Shown here: positions 56,337-64,000 of the stretch, in pieces
Numbering within the stretch: the first letter of the stretch is position 1
Layout of the letters: every line of letters begins with the position of its first letter
Assembly: GCA_965277805.1 (NCBI GenBank)
Contig: OZ255842.1
Coordinates: 192,001 to 256,000, forward strand
Length of the DNA: 64,000 nt
Direction of reading: 5' to 3'
From: Candidatus Lustribacter sp.
Lineage (GTDB): Bacteria > Vulcanimicrobiota > Vulcanimicrobiia > Vulcanimicrobiales > Vulcanimicrobiaceae
Notes under the pieces: model-generated
Database searches by the model: none
Told to the model about the DNA's origin: nothing
The model's input: only the letters and a program-made list of their open reading frames with translations
Translations under genes and position numbers: made by a program

Positions 56337-56864
56337 GTGCACGAATCCGAAAGAACCCGCGAACGCGAACGCGAACGTCCGCCGCTCAGTTCCTACGAGC
56401 TGGCGATCGCGCACGACAAAGAGTTCGCCGAGCGCCAGAACCTTGGGCGGGTCGTGATTCGCGAAGAAGATTGTCCGCAGCAGATGACGCGCCAAGGTCT
56501 GCTGCGCTTTTACCTGAGCCCGTTCGTCGTGCACGACACGCCGCTGCAGGATTGGTCCGTGTTCACCCACGAGATCCGCACGAAATCGGGCAAGCACCGC
56601 CATCAAGGCGGGATCATCATCTACGTCGTTGCGGGCAAGGGCCATTCAGTGGTCGACGGCGAGCGGATCAACTGGAAGAAGGGCGACCTCGTGCTGTTGC
56701 CGTTGCGGCCGAACGGGGTCGAGCACCAGCACTTCAACGACGATCCGGACAAGCCGTCGACGTGGATGGCGTTCGTGCACTTCCCGCTGCGCGACTACGT
56801 AGCTTCAGAACTCACGCAGTTGGAAGTCTCCGCCGACTACGCCGCGCAGGAGGCCGGCCGGTGA
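56337..56864 (+). CDS. monocupin with intact metal motif (gentisate dioxygenase-like)
   Basis: KHRHQGG...GKGHSVVDGERINWKKGD...EHQHFN. Confidence 0.8.
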   Translation: MHESERTRERERERPPLSSYELAIAHDKEFAERQNLGRVVIREEDCPQQMTRQGLLRFYLSPFVVHDTPLQDWSVFTHEIRTKSGKHRHQGGIIIYVVAGKGHSVVDGERINWKKGDLVLLPLRPNGVEHQHFNDDPDKPSTWMAFVHFPLRDYVASELTQLEVSADYAAQEAGR

Positions 56865-57382
56865 GCGATCGCAAGGAACGCCTGGCGCAGTCGAACTTCT
56901 GGGATAACATCCTGGCCCTGCGCGACGAACAGCGCGAGAACCGCAAGAGCGGCATCCAGGTGATCGAAGAATCGGAGCTCCCGCTCGAAGTCAACCGTCA
57001 GGGCTTGATGCGCTGGTATCTGCATCCGGACATCAAAGACACGCTGCTCACGACGCATCTGTTCTTTTCTCAGGAGATCCCGCCCGGTAGCCGCTCGGGC
57101 CGGCTGAAGTTCCAAGGCGAACAGGTGATGTTTATCGTGGAGGGCAGCGGCTATACGCTGCTCGACGGCGTGAAGCATCCGTGGAAGGCCGGCGACGTGC
57201 TCAATTTGCCGTTGCGAAAGCCGGGCATCATCGTTCAGCACTTCAACACGGATACTGAGACGACGGCGAAGTTCATCGCGGTCGAGCCGAACTTTCTCGC
57301 CTGCGCGAGCGTCGATCGCGGCAGCGGGTTCGAACAGCTGGAGGATGCGCCGGAGTACGTGCGGACGAAACAGTCCCCATGA
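56861..57382 (+). CDS. monocupin lacking the His metal ligands
   Basis: GTGA overlap with GGAGG Shine-Dalgarno; EIPPGSRSGRLKFQGEQ...WKAGD...IVQHFN. Confidence 0.78.
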   Translation: MSDRKERLAQSNFWDNILALRDEQRENRKSGIQVIEESELPLEVNRQGLMRWYLHPDIKDTLLTTHLFFSQEIPPGSRSGRLKFQGEQVMFIVEGSGYTLLDGVKHPWKAGDVLNLPLRKPGIIVQHFNTDTETTAKFIAVEPNFLACASVDRGSGFEQLEDAPEYVRTKQSP

Positions 57383-58548
57383 CGCTTCTGGAAAGCGCCC
57401 GGCTTCTCGTGCCGCGGCTCATCGAGCGCGGCCCGGCCGGCGACGGCGAGCGCCGCATCCCGGATGACACGATCGCCGAGATGAAGGACGCGGGACTCTT
57501 CCGCGCGCTGCAGCCCAAGCGCTGGGGCGGTCACGAGACGGGGTTGCAGACGTTCTACGATGCGCTGATCACGCTCGCGGAGGGCGACATGTCGACCGCG
57601 TGGGTGTACGGCGTGCTCGGCGTTGCGCCGTGGGTCGTCGCATTGCTCGACGATCGCGCGGCAGCCGACGTGTGGTCGGACGATCCATCGACGCTGGTCG
57701 GCCTCTCGTTAGCGCCGGCCGGCGAGGCCACGCCGGTCGACGGCGGTGTGCGCATCAGCGGCCGCTGGCGCTTCGCGAGCGGCTCGGCGCACTGCGATTG
57801 GGCCTTTCTCGGCACGGTCGTGCGGCCCGAGGGCGCGCCGGCAAACGCGCCGCGCGCCGGTTGGACGATTCTGCTGGTGCCGAAATCCGACTACCGGATC
57901 GACGACGTGTGGTACACGTTCGGACTCAAGGGAACGGGCAGCAACGACATCGTCGTGGCCGACGCGTTCGTTCCGCACCATCGCATGCGACGGATGGAGC
58001 AGAACCTCACCTGCACCGGTCCGGGCCAAGCCGTCAACAGCGCGCCGCTCTACCGGCTGCCCTTCGGTCAGGTCTTCGGCGGCGGCGTCGCCTATGGGCC
58101 GATCGGCGGATTGCGCGGGATGCTGGATGAGTTTCTTGCCTACGCGCAAGCGCGGGTGCGCTCCGGCGGGCGCGCGACGGTCATGGATCCCGACGCGCAG
58201 CTCGTCGCGGGCGAAGCGGACAATGCGATCGACGAGCTCACCGCGATCGTCCATCGCAACGTCGCCAACCTCACCGCGTATGCGGAGCGCGGCATGGTCC
58301 CGCCGGATCACGAACGCATGAAGTACAAGTTTCAAATGGCGAACGTATCCGAGCGCTGCCGCGCACTCGGCGCGCGGATTCTGCAAGCTGCCGGCGCTTC
58401 CGGCATCGCGACGCAACATCGCTTCGGGCGGACGTTCGCCGATCTGACGTCGGCGCGCCAGCACATCACGAATCAGTACGAAATGCACGGCCGGCACTGG
58501 GGCGCGCATCTGTTCGGCGAAACGATGCCGCCGGACCTCATGCAATGA
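57379..58548 (+). CDS. two-component flavin-dependent monooxygenase, oxygenase subunit (HsaA-like, acyl-CoA dehydrogenase fold)
   Basis: LQPKRWGGHE, GRWRFASGSAHCDW, DVWYTFGLKGTGSND, PLYRLPF. Confidence 0.88.
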   Translation: MTLLESARLLVPRLIERGPAGDGERRIPDDTIAEMKDAGLFRALQPKRWGGHETGLQTFYDALITLAEGDMSTAWVYGVLGVAPWVVALLDDRAAADVWSDDPSTLVGLSLAPAGEATPVDGGVRISGRWRFASGSAHCDWAFLGTVVRPEGAPANAPRAGWTILLVPKSDYRIDDVWYTFGLKGTGSNDIVVADAFVPHHRMRRMEQNLTCTGPGQAVNSAPLYRLPFGQVFGGGVAYGPIGGLRGMLDEFLAYAQARVRSGGRATVMDPDAQLVAGEADNAIDELTAIVHRNVANLTAYAERGMVPPDHERMKYKFQMANVSERCRALGARILQAAGASGIATQHRFGRTFADLTSARQHITNQYEMHGRHWGAHLFGETMPPDLMQ

Positions 58549-58552
58549 CGAG

Positions 58553-59770
58553 ATGAGCATGTTCGACGTCGGCGGCGTTCTGCTCGAGCGCCCGTTCAAG
58601 ATTCGCCGCTTGGGTCACTTCGGGTTGAACGCGACCCGAATGGACGAGTGCTTGCGCTTTTACACCGAAGAGCTGGGCTATCGCATCTCCGATGCGCTCG
58701 ACTTCGGCGCGCATGCCGAGCACCCCGAAGCGATCGCCGGACTCGGCGATTCGAACGGTTATTTCATGCGCCACGGGACGGACCATCATAGCTTCGTGAT
58801 CTTCAACAAACGCGTGCGTGAGGCGATGTCGCCCGGACGCGTTTTTCCGCCCGGCGTCGTCGTGAATCAGATTTCCTGGCAGGTCGGCAGCCTCGCCGAA
58901 GTGGTGAACGGCAGCGCGTGGCTCGCCGGAAAGGGCACGCGGATCATCCGCAGCGGCCGCGATATGCCCGGTGCGAACTGGCACACATACTTCCCCGACC
59001 CCGACCGTCACACGAACGAACTCTACTACGGCATGGACCAGATCGGCTGGGACGCCCGCAGCAAGCCGCAAACGATGTGGGATCGCGGGTTCGAACAGCG
59101 TCCCGATCTTCCGCAAATGTCGGAAGAAGATGAAGTTCGCGTTGCCGGGGAGCGCGGCGACGATCTGCTGTCCGGCTCCGCGCGGCGCGACGCGTTGGCC
59201 GGCGCAGCGTTCGACGTCGACGGCATCATGCTGCCGCGGCCGTTCAAGGTCATCAACGGCGGGCCGCTCAGCTTGTTCTCGGCCGATGTTGCCGCCGGTA
59301 TTCGCTTCTACACGGACGATCTGGGGCTGCGGCTCTCCGAAGAAATCGTGTGGAACGGACACCGTTGCGCGTTCTTGCGCGCAAATACCGAACATCACTC
59401 GATCGCTCTCTACCCGATCGAGCTACGCGAAACGCTCGGCATGCGGGCCGATTCGACGACGCTTGCGGTCGGCGTACAAGTCGGCTCGTACCGTCAGTTG
59501 CGAGACGCGCGCGCGTTCCTGGCCGAACGCGGCGCGGCGTTCGTCAATCTGCCGGCCGAACTGCATCCCGGCATCGACTACGCCTTTCACGTCCTCGATC
59601 CGGACGGTCAAGCCGTGCAGGTCTACTTCTCGATGGAACAGGTCGGTTGGGACGGGCGCACGCGCCCGGCGTCGATGCGCCCGAACCCGCAACCGGATGG
59701 GTGGCCCGATGCGTTGGCCGGTGAGCCCGACGTCTACGGCGGCGAAACGCTCCTCGGCCCGCTCGGGTAA
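58553..59770 (+). CDS. two-domain VOC protein, extradiol dioxygenase-like
   Basis: Internal duplication (FDVGGVLLERPFKI / FDVDGIMLPRPFKV); LGHFG, DHHSF, TYFPDPDRHTNEL. Confidence 0.8.
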   Translation: MSMFDVGGVLLERPFKIRRLGHFGLNATRMDECLRFYTEELGYRISDALDFGAHAEHPEAIAGLGDSNGYFMRHGTDHHSFVIFNKRVREAMSPGRVFPPGVVVNQISWQVGSLAEVVNGSAWLAGKGTRIIRSGRDMPGANWHTYFPDPDRHTNELYYGMDQIGWDARSKPQTMWDRGFEQRPDLPQMSEEDEVRVAGERGDDLLSGSARRDALAGAAFDVDGIMLPRPFKVINGGPLSLFSADVAAGIRFYTDDLGLRLSEEIVWNGHRCAFLRANTEHHSIALYPIELRETLGMRADSTTLAVGVQVGSYRQLRDARAFLAERGAAFVNLPAELHPGIDYAFHVLDPDGQAVQVYFSMEQVGWDGRTRPASMRPNPQPDGWPDALAGEPDVYGGETLLGPLG

Positions 59771-60759
59771 TGGCGCCACTTCTGTTCGGCGGAACCTCCA
59801 ATCGCGGACTGGCCGACGAGATCGCGAAGAAGATGCAGACCCGGGTCGGCAACGCGCTCGTCGATCGCTTCAAGAACGACGAATGCCGCGTCGAAATTCG
59901 CGAGAACGTCCGGGGAGCGGAAGTCTTCGTCCTTCAGTCGCTGTGTCGGACGCCGTGGGGCGGAACGGTCAACGACGCGACGATGGAGTTACTGATCATG
60001 ATCGACGCGCTGCGCCGCGCGTCGGCCAATCGCATTACCGCGGTGATCCCGTACTACGGTTACGCGACGCAAGACCAGAAGACCAAAGGCCGCGAGCCGA
60101 TCTCGGCCAAGCTGGTGGCGAACATGCTGCAGGCGGCCGGTGCCGAGCGCATCGTCACGCTGGATTTGCACTCCGCGCAGATTCAGGGCTTCTTTGACGT
60201 TCCGGTCGACAACTTGATGGCCGCGCCGCACCTGTCCAACCATTTGCGCAACGAGAAGCTCTTCGGCGACAAGATCGTCGTCGTATCGCCGGACGCCAGC
60301 GGCGTGCCGCGTGCTGAGTTCTTCGCCAAACGGCTGAAGTCGACGCTGGCCGTAATCATAAAGCGCCGCCCCGAGCCCGACGTTTCCGAAGTGACGCACA
60401 TCGTCGGCGAAGTCAAAGGCAAGATCGCGGTCGTCGTGGACGATATGATCTCGACCGGCGGCACGCTTGTCAAGGCTGCCGAAGCGCTGCTCAAGAGCGG
60501 CGCCAGCGACGTCTACTGCGTGGTCACGCACGGCATCTTTGCCGGCGATGCGGTCAAACAATTCGAGGCGTCGGGTATCCGCAAGGTGTTCGTCACCAAC
60601 ACGATCCCGGTCTCAGCCTATCCGCAAGGGCCCGGAACGCGCATCGAACAGCTCTCGATCGCGCAGATCCTTGCCGATGCGATCAAGCGCATCACGGATA
60701 ACCGCTCGGTCTCCGAACTGTTCGTGACCGATGACGCTCCCGAGCCGCCCCAGCGCTAG
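59770..60759 (+). CDS. prs: ribose-phosphate pyrophosphokinase family protein (variant)
   Basis: ENVRG, MELLIMIDALRRASA, DLHSAQIQGFFD, VVSPD, VVDDMISTGGT, VTNTI. Confidence 0.9.
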   Translation: MAPLLFGGTSNRGLADEIAKKMQTRVGNALVDRFKNDECRVEIRENVRGAEVFVLQSLCRTPWGGTVNDATMELLIMIDALRRASANRITAVIPYYGYATQDQKTKGREPISAKLVANMLQAAGAERIVTLDLHSAQIQGFFDVPVDNLMAAPHLSNHLRNEKLFGDKIVVVSPDASGVPRAEFFAKRLKSTLAVIIKRRPEPDVSEVTHIVGEVKGKIAVVVDDMISTGGTLVKAAEALLKSGASDVYCVVTHGIFAGDAVKQFEASGIRKVFVTNTIPVSAYPQGPGTRIEQLSIAQILADAIKRITDNRSVSELFVTDDAPEPPQR

Positions 60760-61712
60760 GTGAAGACCTTCGTGCGCAGATCGACGTCCGCGTTGAGCAG
60801 GCCGGTTTGCCGCATCATCGACGTTAGGCGCGGCAGCGAGGCCGGCACGATGTCCGCCTGCACCGCGACGGGCTTCATGCGCCGCACGAGATCGGGCTGC
60901 AATCCCGAGAACTCCGCCACGAGATCGAAGTACGGCTGTTTGCCCTGATTCGCCGTGACCCAGGCTGCGCCGCGTTTGTAGGCCCGCACGAACGCGCGGA
61001 TGTCGCCCGGCCGCGTCTGCGCCATCGTACCGGTCACGGCGAAGAACGCCATCGGGCCGCCGGCGTAGGCCGTGCTCATCGGCCAAGCGAGCAATTCGAG
61101 CGCCGGATCGTCCAGCGCGACGGTTAACGCCGGGTCGATGATCAGCGCCGCATCGACGCGTTTGCTCTTGATCGCATCGGGCATCGTGGGCAGCGCCAGC
61201 TCGATGATCTGCACCTTCGAGGGATCGCCGCCGGTGGCACTGATCCACGCCGTCACGACCATCCAGATCACGTCGCGCAGCGTGTTCACGGCCACGACTT
61301 TGCCTTCGAGGTCCTTGCCGGTGCGCAACGCATCGCCTTTGCGCTTGAGGATGGCGCCGGAATCCGGCGGCTTGTTTGAGGCGATCGTGCCCTCGAGAAT
61401 CAGGCGCAGGTCGATGCCGCGCGAGATCGCTTCGACCACGCTCGTCGAGTTCGTGAAAACGATATCGGTCGAGCCGCTGAGCATCGCCGGAATCGCAGCC
61501 GCACCGCCGCGGATGACTTGTCCGGTGACCGCGAGATTCTCGGCGGCGAAATAGCCGAACTTATCCGCGGCGTAAAACGGCGCGTTCGTCGCGATCGGGA
61601 TGATGCCGACGCGCAGCGGAATCGTATCTGCACGCGCGGGCTCGATCAGCGCGCCGCCGAGGGCGGCTCCAAGGGCGAGCAGGCTGGATTTGCGCGAGAT
61701 GGGATGCATCAT
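60756..61712 (-). CDS. SsuA/THI5-like ABC substrate-binding protein
   Basis: ISRKSSLLALG leader; FGYFAAENL; DLEGKVVAVN; RVDAALIIDP. Confidence 0.85.
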   Translation of the reverse strand: MMHPISRKSSLLALGAALGGALIEPARADTIPLRVGIIPIATNAPFYAADKFGYFAAENLAVTGQVIRGGAAAIPAMLSGSTDIVFTNSTSVVEAISRGIDLRLILEGTIASNKPPDSGAILKRKGDALRTGKDLEGKVVAVNTLRDVIWMVVTAWISATGGDPSKVQIIELALPTMPDAIKSKRVDAALIIDPALTVALDDPALELLAWPMSTAYAGGPMAFFAVTGTMAQTRPGDIRAFVRAYKRGAAWVTANQGKQPYFDLVAEFSGLQPDLVRRMKPVAVQADIVPASLPRLTSMMRQTGLLNADVDLRTKVFT

Positions 61713-61766
61713 GAACGGTAGTCCGCCCAGCGCAGGAATTACTCCTAGCAGCAGCAAGACCGGGGC

Positions 61767-62741
61767 GTGCTGAAGCTCTCTCGACGCGCGCTCATCCTCG
61801 CTGTCGCCGCAGCCGGCGCCGAGTGCGCGGTGGTGCGTGGTGTGGGCGCACAAACGCCCGCGAAGATACGCGTTGCATCCGTACCGATCGACCTCGACGG
61901 CGCCGCGCTGTACGCGCTCGCGCAGGGCTTCTTTCGCAAGCACAATCTTGACGTCGAGCTGGTGGTGATGACGAACGGCCCGGCAACCGCGGCAGCCGTG
62001 ATCGGCGGCTCGCTCGAGTTCGGCACGGCCGCCGTCATCACGATCGCCAATGCGCGCGAGCGCGGCATTCCGTTTGTGATGGTCGCTCCCGGCGCGGCAT
62101 ACTCATCCAAGCAGGCGACGGGCTCGCTCATCGCGCTTGCGGCAGCGCCGCTCCGCACGGCTAAGGATATGGCCGGGAAGACGGTTGCGGTAACGAGCCT
62201 GAAGGGCGTGAGCGAAATGGCCATGTGGGCGTGGCTCGACAAGAACGGCGTGCCCGCCGACGCCGTAAAGTTCATCGAGATTCCGTACTCGGATATGGGC
62301 GGTGCGCTGGCCGCCGGCCGCGTCGACGCGGTCGTTGCGGAGGAGCCGGCGCAATCGCTGATTCTCGCCAACGGCGGCCGTATCGTGGCCACCGTCAACG
62401 ATGCCATCGGCGACGAGTGGGTCGGCGGCGGGTGGTTTTGCATGCAAGACTATGCCGTCACGCACGCCGCCGTGGTGCGCCGTTTCGCCGACGCGATGGC
62501 CGAAGCCGGCGCTTGGGCCAACAAGAACCACGACGCCTCAGCCAAGATCCTCGAAGCCTACTCCAAGCAAACGATGAACCCGAACCAGAAGCGCGCGTTT
62601 TATCCGGAACGGATCGATCCGGCCCTGCTTCAGCCCCTGATCGACGTGTCGGCAAAATACGGCCTGTTGAAAGCCTCGTTCCCGGCCAAGGACGTCATCG
62701 CTCCGCAGGTCCTCGGCGCGCCGGCCCGGGCTTCGCAGTGA
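61767..62741 (+). CDS. SsuA/THI5-like ABC substrate-binding protein, Tat signal
   Basis: LSRRALI; QGFFRKHNLDV; VKFIEIPYSDM; RVDAVVAEEP. Confidence 0.86.
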   Translation: MLKLSRRALILAVAAAGAECAVVRGVGAQTPAKIRVASVPIDLDGAALYALAQGFFRKHNLDVELVVMTNGPATAAAVIGGSLEFGTAAVITIANARERGIPFVMVAPGAAYSSKQATGSLIALAAAPLRTAKDMAGKTVAVTSLKGVSEMAMWAWLDKNGVPADAVKFIEIPYSDMGGALAAGRVDAVVAEEPAQSLILANGGRIVATVNDAIGDEWVGGGWFCMQDYAVTHAAVVRRFADAMAEAGAWANKNHDASAKILEAYSKQTMNPNQKRAFYPERIDPALLQPLIDVSAKYGLLKASFPAKDVIAPQVLGAPARASQ

Positions 62742-62802
62742 ATTAACAGAGCCTGCCGGTCCAGGCGAAGAGCGCAGGCAGCACGCGGCGAAAACGCCTG
62801 CA

Positions 62803-63810
62803 ATGCATGAGGTGAAGTTCCTGGATCGAGGGGTTCAACTGATCCTGGACGACATCGCCAGGCATCGTGAGGATCCCGCCAAGACCAAGGATGTGCTTTG
62901 GAAGGCCGCTTGGGCCCGCGGGTATCAGGACGTGCTCGTGCCGGTCCACGGTTCGGATACGCGCTACGAAGGTACCCTGACCCTCGCATACCGGTTGTCG
63001 TCCGGCCGCCACGTCATCGCTGTCGATACCGGAGAGCGCATGCTCACCGTGGCCGAAGAATTCGCTGAAGCGCTACCCGGCGTCGGTTCGAAGGTGCGCT
63101 TGACCGCGATCTTCATGGGCGAAAAAGAGAAGTGGATCGTCAAGGCGCTGGCGAGCGTCGGTTGCGGGCTCTCGATCGACTTCACCGCGGATGTCGCTAA
63201 CAAACGGATCGGCGACAACGCTTGGGCGGATACGCTGCGCAACGCGCTCGGCCAAGCGCGGTCGGCCGAAAACGAAGTGACCAAGAAGCTCAATCTCGAG
63301 CGCATGGCGTTGCCGCCGGTCGAAGACGAGCCGCCGTTCAAAGACCAGATCATGAAGCTGGACGAAGAGATGCGCGCACGCATTTCCCAGGCGCCGCTAA
63401 CGCCGGAAGAAGAGCGCGAGAAATCCAAGCTGCGAACGCAGGATCAGGCGAACGCGTTTTTTTCGCGCCGGAAGGCGAAGCTCGCCGAGCAATATCGCAT
63501 CGAATCGCTGCACTTTCGCGAAAAAGGCATTCCGGAATTACGGGCTGCGTACGATAAGCGTCAGGTTCGTCTGCAAGCCGCGCAAGCCGAAGTCGCGCGC
63601 GTGACCAAGCTCCTGGCTGAGAATCTGGCCAACGTCGAACTTGCCGGACAAGCGTCGAAGATGATCGAGCGCATCGAAGAAGCCTGCTTGCCGATCGTCG
63701 TCGGCGACATGAGCGCCGTTGCGTCCGATCCGCGTGGCCATTTCAAAGAGATCGTCGAGACGCTCTCGCAGCTCTATGACGTGGCCACTACCCAGCGCAA
63801 ACGCGTTTAG
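62803..63810 (+). CDS. hypothetical protein, N-terminal beta domain plus C-terminal coiled coil
   Basis: 335-aa ORF with protein-like composition and a charged, heptad-rich C-terminal half. Family not recognised with confidence. Confidence 0.7.
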   Translation: MHEVKFLDRGVQLILDDIARHREDPAKTKDVLWKAAWARGYQDVLVPVHGSDTRYEGTLTLAYRLSSGRHVIAVDTGERMLTVAEEFAEALPGVGSKVRLTAIFMGEKEKWIVKALASVGCGLSIDFTADVANKRIGDNAWADTLRNALGQARSAENEVTKKLNLERMALPPVEDEPPFKDQIMKLDEEMRARISQAPLTPEEEREKSKLRTQDQANAFFSRRKAKLAEQYRIESLHFREKGIPELRAAYDKRQVRLQAAQAEVARVTKLLAENLANVELAGQASKMIERIEEACLPIVVGDMSAVASDPRGHFKEIVETLSQLYDVATTQRKRV

Positions 63811-64000
63811 TAACGGGCGTTGAGCCAGGCGGCGGCGTAGTCGAAGAGGTTTTTCATCGTGTTGCTGTATTGTCCGGGCGTCTTCTCGCACGCGGTGCAT
63901 GGTGTGAACCCATGGAGCGCGCCCTCCACCACGGCGTAGTCCTTATCCTTGGTGATCGCGAGATCGTATTCGTGCTCGACGTCGCGGACGAATTCGAACG
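63807..64000 (-). CDS. C-terminus of a probable alpha/beta-hydrolase-fold protein (5' end beyond window)
   Basis: Manual translation ...KDKDYAVVEGALHGFTPCTACEKTPGQYSNTMKNLFDYAAAWLNARY*; EGAxH catalytic-His-like motif followed by a terminal helix. Confidence 0.6.
   Translation of the reverse strand, partial: FEFVRDVEHEYDLAITKDKDYAVVEGALHGFTPCTACEKTPGQYSNTMKNLFDYAAAWLNARY

Noticed and set aside
56340-56380. CGCGAA-type short repeat at the start of the first cupin
   Set aside because: It only encodes a low-complexity RERERER stretch; with three hexamer copies it would not shift the frame.
58971-60197. 408-aa alternative-frame ORF spanning VOC and prs (also 15518..16795)
   Set aside because: Arg/Ser/Ala-rich shadow frames with no recognisable domain.

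Overview
A high-GC bacterial chromosomal window that is almost wall-to-wall metabolic and transport genes. I saw no rRNA, tRNA, CRISPR array, transposase, integrase or phage genes. The many stand-alone SsuA/THI5-like and LivK-like binding proteins resemble Vulcanimicrobiota (Eremiobacterota/WPS-2), but that is inference only. Left to right: (1) a partial poxB-like ThDP enzyme, divergent from an MFS + pstS + Tat-exported purple acid phosphatase operon with a Pho-box-like repeat; (2) a methylamine N-methylglutamate cluster (XRE-cupin regulator, APC permease, mgsABC, gmaS) with a monomeric sarcosine-oxidase-family gene where mgdABCD would normally be; (3) MarR/MATE, an amidohydrolase, a haloacid dehalogenase, and a stand-alone A-T-TE NRPS-like gene with a Cys-type thioesterase next to an old yellow enzyme; (4) a peptide-type ABC importer embedded in an operon with an acyl-CoA ligase, two hot-dog proteins, a crotonase and a ThDP enzyme; (5) a roughly 25-kb aromatic/heterocycle catabolic region with five Rieske oxygenase alpha subunits and no reductase, a catalytically eroded HTH-citrate-synthase fusion, a split cupin pair, an HsaA-like monooxygenase, an atypical VOC protein and a variant prs. 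Inserted in region 5 is an unexplained two-gene secreted module: a cationic 26-aa tandem-repeat protein with KR sites plus an Ig-like disulfide partner, behind a hairpin-rich leader. The best candidates for undescribed biology are that secreted module, the Mgd-less methylamine pathway, the citrate-synthase pseudoenzyme regulator, the Cys-TE NRPS-like unit and the cupin/VOC/prs operon. All functional calls come from motif recognition by eye; no database searches were run.
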